64,000 bases of DNA from Octopus vulgaris (Eukaryota): positions 131,750,001 through 131,814,000 of the forward strand of contig OX597817.1 of assembly GCA_951406725.2 (NCBI GenBank), written 5' to 3'. Below are positions 40,727 through 55,189 of the stretch, piece after piece (within the stretch, counting starts at the first letter, position 1; each line of letters starts with the position of its first letter). The notes under the pieces were generated by a model. It did no database searches. It worked only from the letters and a program-made list of their open reading frames with translations, and was not told the DNA's origin. A program made the position numbers and the translations under genes.

Positions 40727-40762
40727 CTTTTACGTTTCGAGCCTATGCTCTTCAGCAGAAAG
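40727..40762 (-). ncRNA. hammerhead-like motif, family HH-A, A6C core
   Basis: cttt-CTGCTGA-A-GAGC atag GCTC-GAAAC-GT-A-aaag. Confidence 0.65.
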
Positions 40763-41229
40763 GGACACGAGAATAATCTATGGATGGAATTTATAAATAT
40801 TTTGATACATCGCTACGCGCATTTCCACAACTCATATGTTTCTTATTATCATAGTACGTATTGCTGGGATGATTACAGCACAGTCCGTAGTATCCATGGA
40901 CACTGGGTGGGTCATATTCAGGCGATATGGTGTTAACGTACGAAGCAGCGAATGTATAACTGAAGGTTGTTTATCAATTTTGATCAATGAAAAGGTTGAT
41001 TAGGATATGTCGGTAATTCTGTGTGTATTTGGTGGGGAGAAGTAGAAGGTGACGGAAAGAGAGAAAGGAATGGTAACTATACAGGAAAGGGAAGTGTGGA
41101 TGGTGATGTTATTTGGATATTTGAGTATGCAGATGTCAGAACGTGTAGTATAGTTCATTTGTTTGACCTTATTCTGGACAGGCGTCCCCTGAATGAATTC
41201 AGATGCAGTAGGGTCAACAAGTACAGCTA

Positions 41230-41616
41230 CAGTAATCCCCTGACTATCGCGGGTGTTACGTTCCACCCTCCTACACCACAGAAATAATTAAAATCTAAAA
41301 CAGTATAAATACCTATCGCGCAGAAACCCGTGATATACTGAGAAGTTCGCGATATAAATTTACATATACTAGCCAGAAAAATCTGCAATGTACTGAGTGC
41401 GCGATAGGTGAACCGCGATGTTCTGAGTGCGCGATAGGTAAACCGCAATGTACTGCGTGTGCAATAGGTGAACCGCGATATACTGAGTGCGCGATAGGTG
41501 AACTCTGATGTACTGAGTGCATGTTAGGTGAAGCGCAATGAACTGAAAGCGTGATAGATGAACCGCGATGTACTGAGTGCGTCTTAGGGTAACCGTGGTA
41601 TGGCGAGGGATTATTG
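41230..41616 (+). mobile_element. Tigger/pogo-like MITE with 7 x 30-bp internal tandem array (41383-41592)
   Basis: TA target-site duplication, TIRs CAGTAATCCCCTGAC and GGCGAGGGATTATTG, unit CCGCGATGTACTGAGTGCGCGATAGGTGAA. Confidence 0.85.
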
Positions 41617-41898
41617 TATTCTGTTGCTGGACTTCATCAAGTTGAAACTCTCTTAAAATATCCTTTTAATTACTTTTGGTGGTACAATGGAATAGTATTT
41701 AACATATGAAAATAATGGTTATTTTGATAAGTTGTTTATATGCTTTTCGCTTGACTGAGGTCAAACCAATGAACTATACTATATTACAGTATTGTTTCTT
41801 AGCATATTTTTGTTTAAATCATGGAAATTACCTCGGGTGTGTCTTGCTCTTTTATGCATAAGTCTAAGTGAATTGACTACAAGAGATAAAACCCGACA

Positions 41899-41949
41899 AC
41901 GGTCGTGCTGATGACGGTTTCTGAGCTAGAAACAACTCTGCATGATCGT
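41899..41949 (+). ncRNA. degenerate type-I hammerhead-like motif
   Basis: acggtcgtg-CTGATGA-C-GGTT tctg AGCT-A-GAAAC-aact-CT-G-catgatcgt: 9-bp stem I. Stem III and the cleavage triplet are mutated. Confidence 0.55.
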
Positions 41950-42602
41950 CCACTTATCTCCAAACTATCTTGTTCATGACTGTTATCTTATCTTTAGAAA
42001 ATAAACTTGTACTTTTCTGCGATGGCATGTTAGCTTCAGAAAATTCTTCATTCTTGATAATATCTCTCCTTGTCGTATGGAGCTTGTCTTCATTGTCTCT
42101 TGGTAAATGTGACATGTCCTCAAGAGGCACAAGATGTTTCATATGACGTATTTATTGCTCCGTCTTCAGCGGTATGACCAACCCATTAGCTATTCGCAAA
42201 TATATTGTTTAAACAGTCACTAAATTTAGCGTTGTTACAGCAATTGTTGGAACGGTTTGTATATTAAACACATTTTTGATAACTGGTACGTAAATACTCA
42301 GCGGATAACCTAGTTTACATAGACGTGTTCGCATACGCCGTTACTTTCGCTGCTGGCTTTAGATTCTGTGGAAAATCTGTAGAAATAAACATAAAAATGA
42401 AAAAAATGAAATGCACTAACACAAAACGTTGGACACGATACTGATTTGTAGACTTTTGATATACTTGGCCCGATAATATGGTTGCAAAACGCAATACGAT
42501 GTCCCTAGCAACAATTAATATGTACGTATCAGTTACCAGGAATGTGTTTGATATGTAAATTGGTCTGAAATATATTCGTGGATAGTTAATGGGTTGCATT
42601 TA

Positions 42603-42645
42603 GCGCTGAAGAAAGCGTAATAACTCTGAAATATGCATATACAGC
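42603..42645 (+). ncRNA. hammerhead-like motif
   Basis: gcg-CTGAAGA-A-AGCG taataa CTCT-GAA-ATATGCATAT-A-cagc: palindromic stem III, weak stems I and II. Confidence 0.45.
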
Positions 42646-43518
42646 CGTCACCTATTTTGTTTTCGATCGTTCTTGTTACAAAGCATCGTAACTTGCAGTG
42701 CAGATTCTACATACTGTAGAGTCTCAAGAAATAAACTTCAACATATGCGTACATAAATACATACACACATATACATGTATATACATACATATATATATAC
42801 ATACATACATACAAACAATCATGCATATATACATACATGCATACATGCATACATACATACATACATACATACATACATACATACATAAAAACATACATAC
42901 ATACATACATACATACAATCATGCATACATACATATCCAGATCACAAGTTATGATTTATATCTGTAATTATTGAAGCCCTGGGATATGTACACACTGCCT
43001 AAATACAAACCTTGAGAAATTAGGCTTCGCAAAACCAGAAACGGAAAAGCAACTTCGAAGACAACATATCTGATCCCTTACTGGAACTGTAAAAATCTCT
43101 AAAACTTTCCAGAAGTTTATCATTTAAATATATATATATGAGCATGTCTAGATATGCATTTATAAGCATGAGAATATATACATAAAGCAAAACATACAAA
43201 TCAGCACCAATACGTACATACATACATACACACATGCGTAAAAAATACCGTGTTGTTGAGATTCCAATAAAGAAGCCTTGAATCTAGGTTAGAAACCGGC
43301 TCTTTATTGACAAGAAATCTTGGAGTAGAACTGAAGAATGGCATACAAACGCGCGCGCACACACACACACAAACACACACACACATACACACACACATAC
43401 ACACACACACACACACATGTATATAACTTAATGTGCACCAGATAAAGAAAAAAACAACATATAGCTTCTTGCGTTGCAGACGCCGGTCTACGCAGCTTTT
43501 TTATAGCATACTTTCCGT

Positions 43519-43564
<46 letters not shown>

Positions 43565-43679
43565 GACAATAAATAATTTTCGCCTCTTTTATAGAGACAA
43601 AAGGGTTTAAAAGACTTCAAAAAAGAAGATCTCATGTATATGTGTCTGTGTGTGTGCGTGTGTGAAGGTGCGTGTGTAA

Positions 43680-44003
43680 AGGCGTGTGGCTTAGTGGTTA
43701 GGGCATTCGGCTCACGATCGTAAGGTCGTGCGTTCGATTCCCGGCGACGCGTTGAGCCCTTGAACAAGACACTTTATTTCACATTGCTCCAGTCCACTCA
43801 GCTGGCAAAAAATGAGCTGTACCTGTATTTCAAAAGGCCAGCCTTGTCCCATTCTGTGTCCCGCTGCATCTCTCCCCGAGAACTACGTTAAGGGTACACG
43901 TGTCTGTGGAATGCTCAGCCACTTGCGCGTTAATTTCAGGAGCAATCTTTACCGTTGATCGTACCAGCTGGTACTCTAGTCGTCGTAACCGACGGAGTAA
44001 GAG
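43680..44003 (+). mobile_element. tRNA-SINE, head B (CORE/V-like) + tail X
   Basis: A-box GTGGCTTAGTGGTTAGG, B-box GTTCGATTCCC, core CCTTGAACAAGACACTTTATTTCACATTGCTCCAGTCCACTCAGCTG. Confidence 0.85.
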
Positions 44004-44005
44004 TA

Positions 44006-44124
<119 letters not shown>

Positions 44125-44638
44125 ATACATACATACATACATATATATACATATTTAGAAAACGCCTAATATTAGGGCCGTCTTAGTATCAGACAAGTTG
44201 GGAGATTCCAATTTCGTGTATTCGTGTATGCAATGAAACTCTGAATACGCACATAATGTATGCATACACACATACACACATATGCATACATACATACATA
44301 TATATATACATATATATACATATATATATACATATATATACCAGCATAAACGTATATGTATATATACATGTATCTATGTACATATAGATGTAAATTCATT
44401 AAACCATGGCGACAGAGAGGGAGTGGAGCAGGCTATTTACTTAATATCTTATTGCTTCCAGAATCAAATTTATAATCCTCTTTATTGCTGTCTATATATC
44501 TACTTAAATTCGTATCAGATTATGCACGCACACACGATTACACACACACAGATTCTTATACATATATATATATATATATATGCCCCTTTGTGGATGTGCC
44601 TGGGAGTTCTTGTGACTGTACGTGGATGCGTGTGTATG

Positions 44639-44679
<41 letters not shown>

Positions 44680-44783
44680 ATACATATGTGTATATATGTG
44701 TGTACGCATTACATGCAGACACACATATTTGTGCGTACGCATACATCACACAGACGTAGATACACAGAACGTCAGGCGCACAA

Positions 44784-44817
<34 letters not shown>

Positions 44818-45371
44818 AGACATATATACACTTCGACATATACAGACGATGTAACAGAAATGGGCGATTTGTTTTGAATAAGAAAAAAACATTGTAGATA
44901 AACTACTTCGGAGATATTTCAGGATGTTCGATTTTCTGTAAAAGACGTTTGTTAGAATGAATTTCGACAGGTTTATATGATTATTAGTTTTGTTATTGAT
45001 TAATTGGCAGACATATTTAGTTGAAGGTCAGAAAATTATCGCAAAGACACTAAACATTAAAATATCGTATTTATTTGAATGCCAAAAGGTGGTGACTAAT
45101 ACGAGAGGAATAGAATTTCGATTGGAATATAAAAATTTTTAGCAGAATTTCATAAAGAATTCTAATTTCATCTCATTACCCGGTTAAATACCACCAGATG
45201 CTCCTTGGTGGGGATCCTCTCTGTTCCAAGCATTTCTGTGCTCGGATGTCCGGAATTTAATACATCTTCTATTCTTACTTTGGTTACAGAGAATTCCATT
45301 TCTTGCTATGTAATTATCATGTGAATATATAATTATCATGTGTATATATAATAGCAATACATTACATTTCT

Positions 45372-45778
45372 AAGGCAACGAGCTGGTAGAAACCTTAGCC
45401 CGCTGGCCAAAAACGCATATCGTCATTCCATCTGACTTTACGTTCTGAGTTCAAACACCGCTGAGGTCGACTGTGCCTTTTCGGGTTCTGTTTCGATAAT
45501 CGACTTCACCCCTTTCTCGAACTTGTGGCTTTGTGTAGAAATACGAAACCAATGCATAATATCAATATATGACATTTTAAGCGACGCGGTGGCAGAATTG
45601 TTAACAGGCCAGGCTAAATGTTTAGCGACATTTCGTCTGTCTTTACATTCTGAGTTCAAATTCCACCGAGGTCTACCTTGCCTTTCATCACTTCGGAGTC
45701 GATAAAATAATTACCATTCGACATAATCGACTTACCCCTTTCTCTCGAACGTGGTGGTCTTGTACCAAAATTTGAAAT
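45372..45778 (+). mobile_element. two tandem family M SINEs
   Basis: Heads at about 45372 and 45580, each with TTCTGAGTTCAAA...GAGGTC. Confidence 0.75.
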
Positions 45779-46052
45779 TAATATCATATATTTTCCATTC
45801 CATCGCTACCGGGCGGAATCGACATACTTCATTTGATCAATAGGATTTGTAGTGACAAGAAATGCCTAAATATGAATGTAAAAAGGAAAAAAACCATAGT
45901 TGTTGGTGATTAGTAAGAGAGTACAAAAATAAATAAATATGAAGCCTGAACATGTTAAAATTTCGGGTATTTAGGTAAAATAATAAAGCCGAGAGGTAGG
46001 TGTATAAAAATTACTCCATGAATTAATAAGTCAAAGACAATATTTAGAAGAA

Positions 46053-46450
46053 TGAAGGCGGCGAGCTGGCAGAAACGTTAGCACGCCGGACGAAATTCGT
46101 AGCCGTATTTCGTCTGCCGCTAGGTTCTGCGTTCAAATTCCGCCGAGTTCGACTTTGCCTTCCATCTTTTCAGGGTCGATAAATTAAGTACCAGTTACGC
46201 ACTGGGGTCAATGTATTCGACTTAATCCGTTTGTCTCTCCTTGTTTGTACTCTCTGTGTTTAGCCCCTAGTGGGTAGTAAAGAAATAGATATTTCGTCAG
46301 ACTTTACGTTCTGAGTTCAAATTCTGCCGAGGTCGACTTTGTCTTTCATCCCTTCAGGGTCGATAAATTAAGTACCAGTTGCATACTGAAGTCGATCTAA
46401 TCGATTGCCCCTCCACCAAAATTTCGGGCCTTGTGCCTAGAGTAGAAAAG
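46053..46450 (+). mobile_element. dimeric family M SINE with 14-bp target-site duplication
   Basis: AATATTTAGAAGAA at 46039-46052 and 46451-46464. The element has two Meta-like domains followed by two different tails. Confidence 0.88.
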
Positions 46451-46958
46451 AATATTTAGAAGAACAGGTCAAAAGATAAAATGAGAATGAGAAATCCGCA
46501 TGTGAATGCATTTAAATAACAAAAGCATGTACAACACGTGTGCCACACTCTTGGTCGCCATAGTAGGTTCTACTGACAAGCATTTAAAAAACGTTCTGTT
46601 TTCACTGCAAGTTTTACGTTTGACTATCTGTCTCCTAGAAGAGCCGCCCTCTTCAAGGTTTTGCCAAAGAACAGCGGGCGACTCCTCTGCTCGTAAGAAA
46701 TCTATTCCAACCATAAATGGAAAAAAATTGATAGGCACCACCGTTCCGGGTCCGAACGGACCTGGGAGTAATGGTAAACTACGGGATGACTTTACGCTCC
46801 CCCACGACACCAGAACACCTGAACTGAAACCCCGAACATAACGTAGTTTCATATCATACTCAGGACAAACATACATAGAAATATACGTACATACATTTTC
46901 ATGTATATAATACTATACACTGCTACACACACACATACACATACACACACACACGCTA

Positions 46959-47015
<57 letters not shown>

Positions 47016-47089
47016 AATATATATATCGCTATGATAGACCGCTATCCACTAAAGCATGTTTTATTCTCTCTGTTTATTTCCTCGTGTTC

Positions 47090-47125
47090 CTTTCTGCTGA
47101 AGAGCGTAGGCTCGAAACGTAAAAG
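47090..47125 (+). ncRNA. hammerhead-like motif, family HH-A, A6C core
   Basis: cttt-CTGCTGA-A-GAGC gtag GCTC-GAAAC-GT-A-aaag. Confidence 0.65.
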
Positions 47126-47397
47126 ACTTTCTCACCTTCCCGAGGGTTAAACTAATACATCTGTTTGTTGTTTACACACCTGTCTTTGTCTTTTGGTTTT
47201 ATTTTGTAAATTCCGTCTATATATGTATATCATATTTATGTTTTTTTTTTTTTTTTTTTTTTTTTGTGTGTGTTATATATATATATATATATATGTAATT
47301 AATGTGTGTGTGTGTATATATATATGTATATATATATATATATTTATGTATATATATACTATTGAATTAAATGTAGCTCCGAAGACTATATGAAATC

Positions 47398-47760
<363 letters not shown>

Positions 47761-48355
47761 TTAAAAGTTCATTAAAAGTTTTAGTTTCCCGTCTAGTCAC
47801 GAATAGGAAAATCACGTTGATTCCTCTAATCTTTGACCCAGCGTTACATTTAGAATTTGAGAGATGGAAGGTGAGAGAATTGCACCAGAATTTGACTTGT
47901 GTTCATTTTCGTTTGAGAAAATTGGTGAACATGAAATGAAGTACCTTGAGGAAAGACACAACATTACGTCGACTCCAGAAATTGAACTAATGACATTATG
48001 ATTGTGAACCGGACTCTGTAACAACTGGGCCACGCACCTTCACTTGAAACGATACGAATTGTATTATTCCAAGTGTTCTGAATACTCAACTATTTAGATT
48101 ACGTATTTGATGGTACATAATTGTAAAGTAAATAATTCGAGGATGATTTATAACAGCCTAACAACTCTGTTTGTTTAATCTGGTGATGGGTTGAAATAAT
48201 ATGGATAATTTATCGCATAAGCAGAGAGGTTCTAACGTAAATATTAAAGACAATTGCCGTTCACGTACTGAATAGCGTCGCCGAGAGTTGTCTATCGAAT
48301 TTTAAATGTGTGTATGCGTATGTACGTACGTATCATGTGTTTATGTTTGCGTATA

Positions 48356-48437
<82 letters not shown>

Positions 48438-50529
48438 TACATATTTATATATATATACATGTATGTATGCGTATGAGTGTGTGGATACATAATGCGTACA
48501 GACATATACACGCGTCTACCTTTATACACATAAATATGTACATACGTGCGTATATAGGAATACACATGCCAACATTAGTATAATATAATTCCATGACAAT
48601 CCAATCATTAATCGGGCGACAAATGTCCGCCAGCCTTCCATCAAGTCAATGAGTGCTTGCATAACTAAGAGATAAACGTATGCTGTCCTGTCATCCATTG
48701 TGGCTCTGAGTAGTTACAAGGGCGACATCCTATTAAGTCCAACTGGATAAAATAAAGCTGTGTTTATATTTAACACGTTCGTGTGTACTCAAACATAAAG
48801 CAACCATCGCTGCAGTAACGGTCTCGGAAGAAAAATTCTTATTCACTATATATGTGTATGCGCCTGCAAACACACAAGCTGGGCTTCATCCGTTATGGAC
48901 ACCAAATGCATTATTCGAAGCGCAATACAAACTGCCGTTCCTTTAATTCGATCCATCATTGCATCTTCTCTGATTCCTGCGATCCATCATTGCATCCTCT
49001 ATTCCACTTACTATTCCTGCAAGGTTTGCAAAGATAGATTACTCACGCTCCACTGTTTAGAATTCGCAATTATTAACGTTTAATTCCTCTTTCACGAGCT
49101 TTGGATTCCCATACACTCATCCTTTGTACTTCCTCCTCACCCACACTTCCCGGAACAAGTTGCAGGCTAATTGCCTGCTGTACCAGCATTGGGCGCAAAC
49201 TGCAATATATTTTTCGATCGCGGCCCCAGTCAATCTGCGTGGCAGACAATTCGGTGTGGTTATTCTTTCGAATCTTTTTCATATTGCAGATTTTGGTGGT
49301 TTTTGTATGAGCCAGGGACCGAACTGTTCTTTAAAATGGACCGTATAGAGCAAAACTAAGTTTGCTGATGTGTGCAAAGCTTTGTCAAGCTTTAATGAAT
49401 TACTTAATAACACACTAAACAAAGTTGATTAAATAAATTTTTGTACATTGTACTTAACACATTCATGTATATTCAAACACGGAAAGACTTTCTCTGTGAC
49501 AGCTGTCTCAGATTGAGTTATGTATCTCAAATCGATACCATTGAACAAAGAACGTATCGCAAAGAAGTAGAATGAACCAGAAAGAGGGAAACACAAATTT
49601 AATACATTTTGAGGAAATATTTTCAGATTTAGGCATTTGATCGAAGGTTCTCTTAGTGCAACGGATGAATATAAAATGTCTATCAGTATTTTCGTCTTTG
49701 ATGTTCTTGAAATCGAACATTAAATATTTTAATAGAACAAAAGAAGTTAGCACAAATCTATTGACTCAATCATAATACGTGGCCCTCGTTAATTTCATAA
49801 AACCTGAGAACTGAAACGGAACTTTAACCCTGCGCAGAGTACGACTAAGTGCGTATAGAAATGAAACTCATATACATACATACGTATATAGACACATACA
49901 TACACATGTGTGTATGTATGTATGTGTGTGTGTGTTTGTATATATATATATATTATAAAGGTGGGAAAGAGTGGAGGATGGAGGTACAGGTATCACATTT
50001 ATTCTTTGGCTATACTTTGTTCGTTTGAAAATCACTGTTCCTTTCTATATCCTGTTAGTATTTGCCTGGTTTCCTAAGTCCCATTTCATTCCATACATAC
50101 ACACATACATACATACATTCATACCCACGCACGTACACACACATATATACATCCATACATACACACAAATACACACATACACACATATACACATACACAC
50201 ACATGCATACACACATATACGCACACATACACACATATATACATACATAATATACACATACAGACACACATACATACACACACATACACATACGTACACA
50301 CACACATACACACATACATATATACGAATGAAAATTCAACACATTTAGTGGCAGTTATATCGGACCCAAGCGTCTTACATTTCCGTCGGATTCTTACTAA
50401 AACCTATACAAACCAGGTTTCTATAGGACCGTATACAAACCGCCGACTTTATGGTCATGAGGCCAACGTCCCAACGGCTAAGCCAGCCAAAACAATGATT
50501 TAAAAAAGTATTCCATCAGTGTCATCAAA

Positions 50530-50850
50530 TGCTATAAAAGTGTGAATCAGGGGTCTTTTCGCCTATATAGAAAATCGGACCAGAATGACTGCACAATTCG
50601 AATGATGCTTACGGTCCAGGGAAGAAGGACTTAAGATCAAACACTATTCAGTCGATTTCAGTCGGCAAGGCTTCATATCAGTTAGAAGGCCTGTGCACTG
50701 TAAAGCCGCCGAGAGGTCGAAACAGCACACATTCCGCCCTAACGCTGATAATCCAAAAATTCTACAAGAATCAAAGCTTCCGATTAGCAAGCAATCTGTT
50801 TGGAACTCTCTAATCTACAACTACTGAAATTGGCAAAGTTCCATGGCAGC
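50530..50850 (+). pseudogene. mariner transposase N-terminal remnant
   Basis: IRGLFAY, HNSNDAYGPG, LFSRFQS, ADNPK and EIGKV occur in the expected order across frames. Confidence 0.5.
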
Positions 50851-50965
50851 AGCTGAACAAGACAAAACCGGTGTCTCTCACCACGTTGCTAAAATACAAC
50901 AACCTGAGATACATCAAGTGAGTTGTAAACAAACTTTTGATAGATTCTCTCTTAAAGAGTAAGTT

Positions 50966-51130
50966 AGGCGCATACATGACTATGTGGTAAGAAGCTTGCT
51001 TCCCAACCACACGGTTCAGGATCAGTCTCATTGCTTGGCACCTAGAGCAGGTGTCTTCTACTATAGCCTCGGTCTGATCAAATCTTTACGTGTGGATTTT
51101 CGTAGAAGGAAACTTTAAAGAACGACGTCG

Positions 51131-51131
<1 letters not shown>
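50966..51131 (+). mobile_element. family B SINE head
   Basis: AGGCGCATACATGACTATGTGGTAAGAAGCTTGCTTCCCAACCAC. Confidence 0.8.
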
Positions 51132-51186
<55 letters not shown>

Positions 51187-51241
51187 CATACATACATACA
51201 TACATACATACATACATACATACATACATACATACAACATA

Positions 51242-51758
51242 CTAGCCTTGAAGCAGCCCTTCGGGTGGAATTCAAGCTGGTTCCTACGGAGGGCAACTTT
51301 GAGGCCTTCAGCCCCACTATCGGGTCGGTTCACAGCCTTCCACCCTTGTATAATGAACCTTATTTCTGCAAATGTGTTAAGCACTGATAGTGATCATAGT
51401 TTAATCAAAAAGCGTAGGAACGAGGTAAATGCAGTAAAAATGAGTTGGAGTTAGTGGAGCCCCATTTAAGAAGCCCTTCAGAAATTGAACTTCTTTTCGC
51501 TACTCCTTTTGAGTTCATGGTATGAAATTCATTTGTCATTGCACCGATTTGGTCGCCAATGTCATGTATTTACTTTAAAATGCAGTAAAAATGGGGTAGG
51601 TTCACTGGGACCCCAATTACGTGGCCCTTAAAAAAATTGATCTGCTTAGGACATTCCCTAGGTTTCAGTTTCGTTGGCCTTGCACCAATGGTCAAGGAGG
51701 AGTGAACGAACATAAAAACGTAAAAGACAATGAAACATCACTTAGATTTACATTAAGA
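51242..51758 (-). mobile_element. complete Helitron-like non-autonomous element (family H2)
   Basis: Minus strand: A|TC...ACCCGAAGGGC hairpin...CTAG|T, an AT target with no TSD. Second copy at 7623-8020. Confidence 0.7.
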
Positions 51759-51788
51759 TATATGTGTGTGTATGTCTGTGTGTGTGTA

Positions 51789-51827
<39 letters not shown>

Positions 51828-51899
51828 GCATATGTGTGTGTATGTGTGTTAATATAATATTCTAACTAGAGTCGATGCTCTCATTTATAACTTCAGTGA

Positions 51900-52200
51900 G
51901 CAAAGTGTTTGCTGATCCGTACAGATATCTGCCAAATTTCTGCTGCGGCGGAAGGAGTGCAATATACAGACTGAAGCTGATCAAGGAATCTAACTGCAAA
52001 CCTGCAACGAGACGGTTTCGGATATTTTCGTCGCTATTCTTCCAAACTGGGCGAATGTGAAGACTGGGCAACACCTCAACTCATCTAGTAGCCCTTTTCC
52101 CGAATAACACACCTCACCTGGCAATCACAAAGGAATTAGAAAATGTAGTCTAAGGCTTTCGTACTTCAGGAACTCGGTAGCAACCCAGCATCTGACGGTT
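51900..52200 (-). pseudogene. possible Gypsy-type gag remnant
   Basis: DENIRNRLVAGL resembles the gag motif D.MIRDRLV.G. This single motif is the only support. Confidence 0.3.
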
Positions 52201-52325
52201 GCCCTCTATTTGATAGCTTCCAGGTAAAGGTCCGAATAATTTATTATTTTGCTATAAGTGGTCGAACATGGCGTCGAGATGATTTTACTAGTGTATAAGT
52301 TCATCTATATATCTATTTATCTATC

Positions 52326-52452
<127 letters not shown>

Positions 52453-52860
52453 GTGTGTCTGTCAGTCCGTCTATCTGTCTATGTCTGTCTGTCTCTTTCT
52501 ATCTATCTCTCAGTTTATCGATTTACCTATCCAAAAATAAACGGATACATGCATACACGTATATATTTAGATACACACATATACAAATATATAAATACAT
52601 ATGTATAACCACATTCACACATACACACACACACATATTGATTTTTACCCGCAACAAATACATCACCTTTTATACACGAATTTCTATACAGTCTTAAAAT
52701 TATATTAGATAAACATTGCAATTAATATATGCATTGAATCACATACATACGCGTACATACATACTTAAGCAGGAATATACATACTCATATGCACTTTAAA
52801 ATACATATATACGTAACGACGAAGAGACAAAGGCATATATATATATATATAGATATAGAT

Positions 52861-52928
<68 letters not shown>

Positions 52929-53286
52929 AAGCGTACAAGACTATTATTGAAAATTCACCACCTTTGTTATCAATATTATACAATATTTAGGTGTAAATAC
53001 AAAACAGGCGCATGAATTGTAAACCCCACATATAAAGAACGAATCGACTTGAAATGGGGAAAACATCTCGACCTTTGATCCTTTTTGCTCGTTTTTATGA
53101 TTGTAAACTGGATAAATTTTCATGAATGCTACAATAATTCAACTAATATTCTGTTACATTTGAAATTCTTCTGAAGAGGGGAAATTTGTAGAAATTGGAA
53201 ATAAATAAATGAAAAATTGTAAACAGCAACAACAACAACAACTATAACAATAATAATGATGATAATTATAATAATAATAATAATGA

Positions 53287-53333
<47 letters not shown>

Positions 53334-53367
53334 ATAATAATAATAATAATAATAATAATGATAATGG

Positions 53368-53447
<80 letters not shown>

Positions 53448-53448
<1 letters not shown>

Positions 53449-54498
53449 CATCTGTCCTGACGGAATGTACCTATAGTTTTTTGACAGACAGCAGCATATT
53501 CCCTAATGAACAGAAAGGATGTAAACGTGGATCCTACGGTTGTAAAGATCAACTACTCATCAATAAAATGAACTTAGAAGATTGTCACAAACGACACAAA
53601 AACTTAGCAATAGCCTGGATAGACTATAAAAAGGCTTTTGATAGCCTACCACATAGCTGGATTAAGAAATGCCTAGAAATGTATAAGATAGCACCTACTC
53701 TGCGAAACTTTTTGTCTGTAAGTATGAGATCATGCAGAACCACACTAACTTTGAACAGTGACAATGAATCTCTAAATGCTGGTGATGTAAAAATTTCATT
53801 TGGCATTTTCCAGGGTGACTCACTATCACCACTCCTGTTTAGCCTTAATACCTCTCTCAAAACTGCTCAATGACGCGCAGTACGGATATAAAATGTTTGA
53901 TAAAAATATAAATCATCTCATTTACATGGATGATTTAAAGCTCTTTGCAAAAAATGACCAACAACTCAAGGGCTTACTAGCGATTGTCAAACAATTCAGT
54001 AATGACATCAGAATGCAATTTGGCCTCGATAAGTGTGCAAAAGCTACCTTTATCAAAGGAAAAATGACAGAAACATCTAACGTTAACATTGACCAGCAGA
54101 ATGTCATAAAAGAATTAGACCCGGTGGAGAACTACAAGTACCTAGGGGTAATTGAAGGAGACGGAATAAGGCATTCAGAGATGATGGGAAGGATCAGGAG
54201 AGAATGTTATCGCAGAGTAAGAGCAATACTCAAGACAGAGCTGAATGCGAGAAACAAGATCGAAGAGATCAATGCATTAGCCATACCAGTCGTGACTTAC
54301 AGTTTCAATATCGTTAACTGGTCAATTACTGAAATATGTAATTTTTTTTTTGACATCCACCAGTACAAAACAAAAACAACCAAATATATGGCACACTAGG
54401 CATAACAACAAAGTGAACTTCCAACCTGTTGTCTTTTGAGGTCTCCGGGTGAGACTTGGAGCCAACTTGTACAAATTATAAAGCATAAAGTCAAACAT
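53448..54498 (+). pseudogene. R4/Dong-type LINE: RT domain fused directly to the 3' UTR, in (TAA)n
   Basis: EQKGCKRGSYGCKDQLLINK, WIDYKKAFDSLPHSW, GIFQGDSLSPLLF, INHLIYMDDLKLFA, YKYLGV. 54350-54498 matches the 3' UTR at 21450-21597. Confidence 0.92.
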
Positions 54499-54866
<368 letters not shown>

Positions 54867-54997
54867 AGAAAATGTGAACGATTAGCTTAATGGAAAGAAC
54901 TTGAATCCTGTCTGTCTGTCTACCTATTTGTGAATGTGTATGTATGGCATTTACGTATATATACATATATGTATGCATGTGTGCATGTATCTATGTA

Positions 54998-55128
<131 letters not shown>

Positions 55129-55189
55129 CCCAGTGAAGCTATTTACAACACAACCATCCTGCGCCTAAATATATATATATATATATTTA

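Noticed and set aside
41383-41592. Regular 30-bp repeats resembling a CRISPR array
   Set aside because: The units are contiguous with no unique spacers, lie inside a MITE in eukaryotic DNA, and have no cas genes nearby.
43263-43310. GCCT..AGGTT-AGAAACCGG motif in a short repeat
   Set aside because: No recognisable CUGANGA-type core.
43680-43750. tRNA-like sequences (also 8588, 11116 and family M heads)
   Set aside because: A and B boxes are present, but they continue into SINE bodies and I could not fold a full cloverleaf.
48850-49400. Coding-looking unique stretch (possible DNA transposase remnant)
   Set aside because: No motif that I could assign with confidence.
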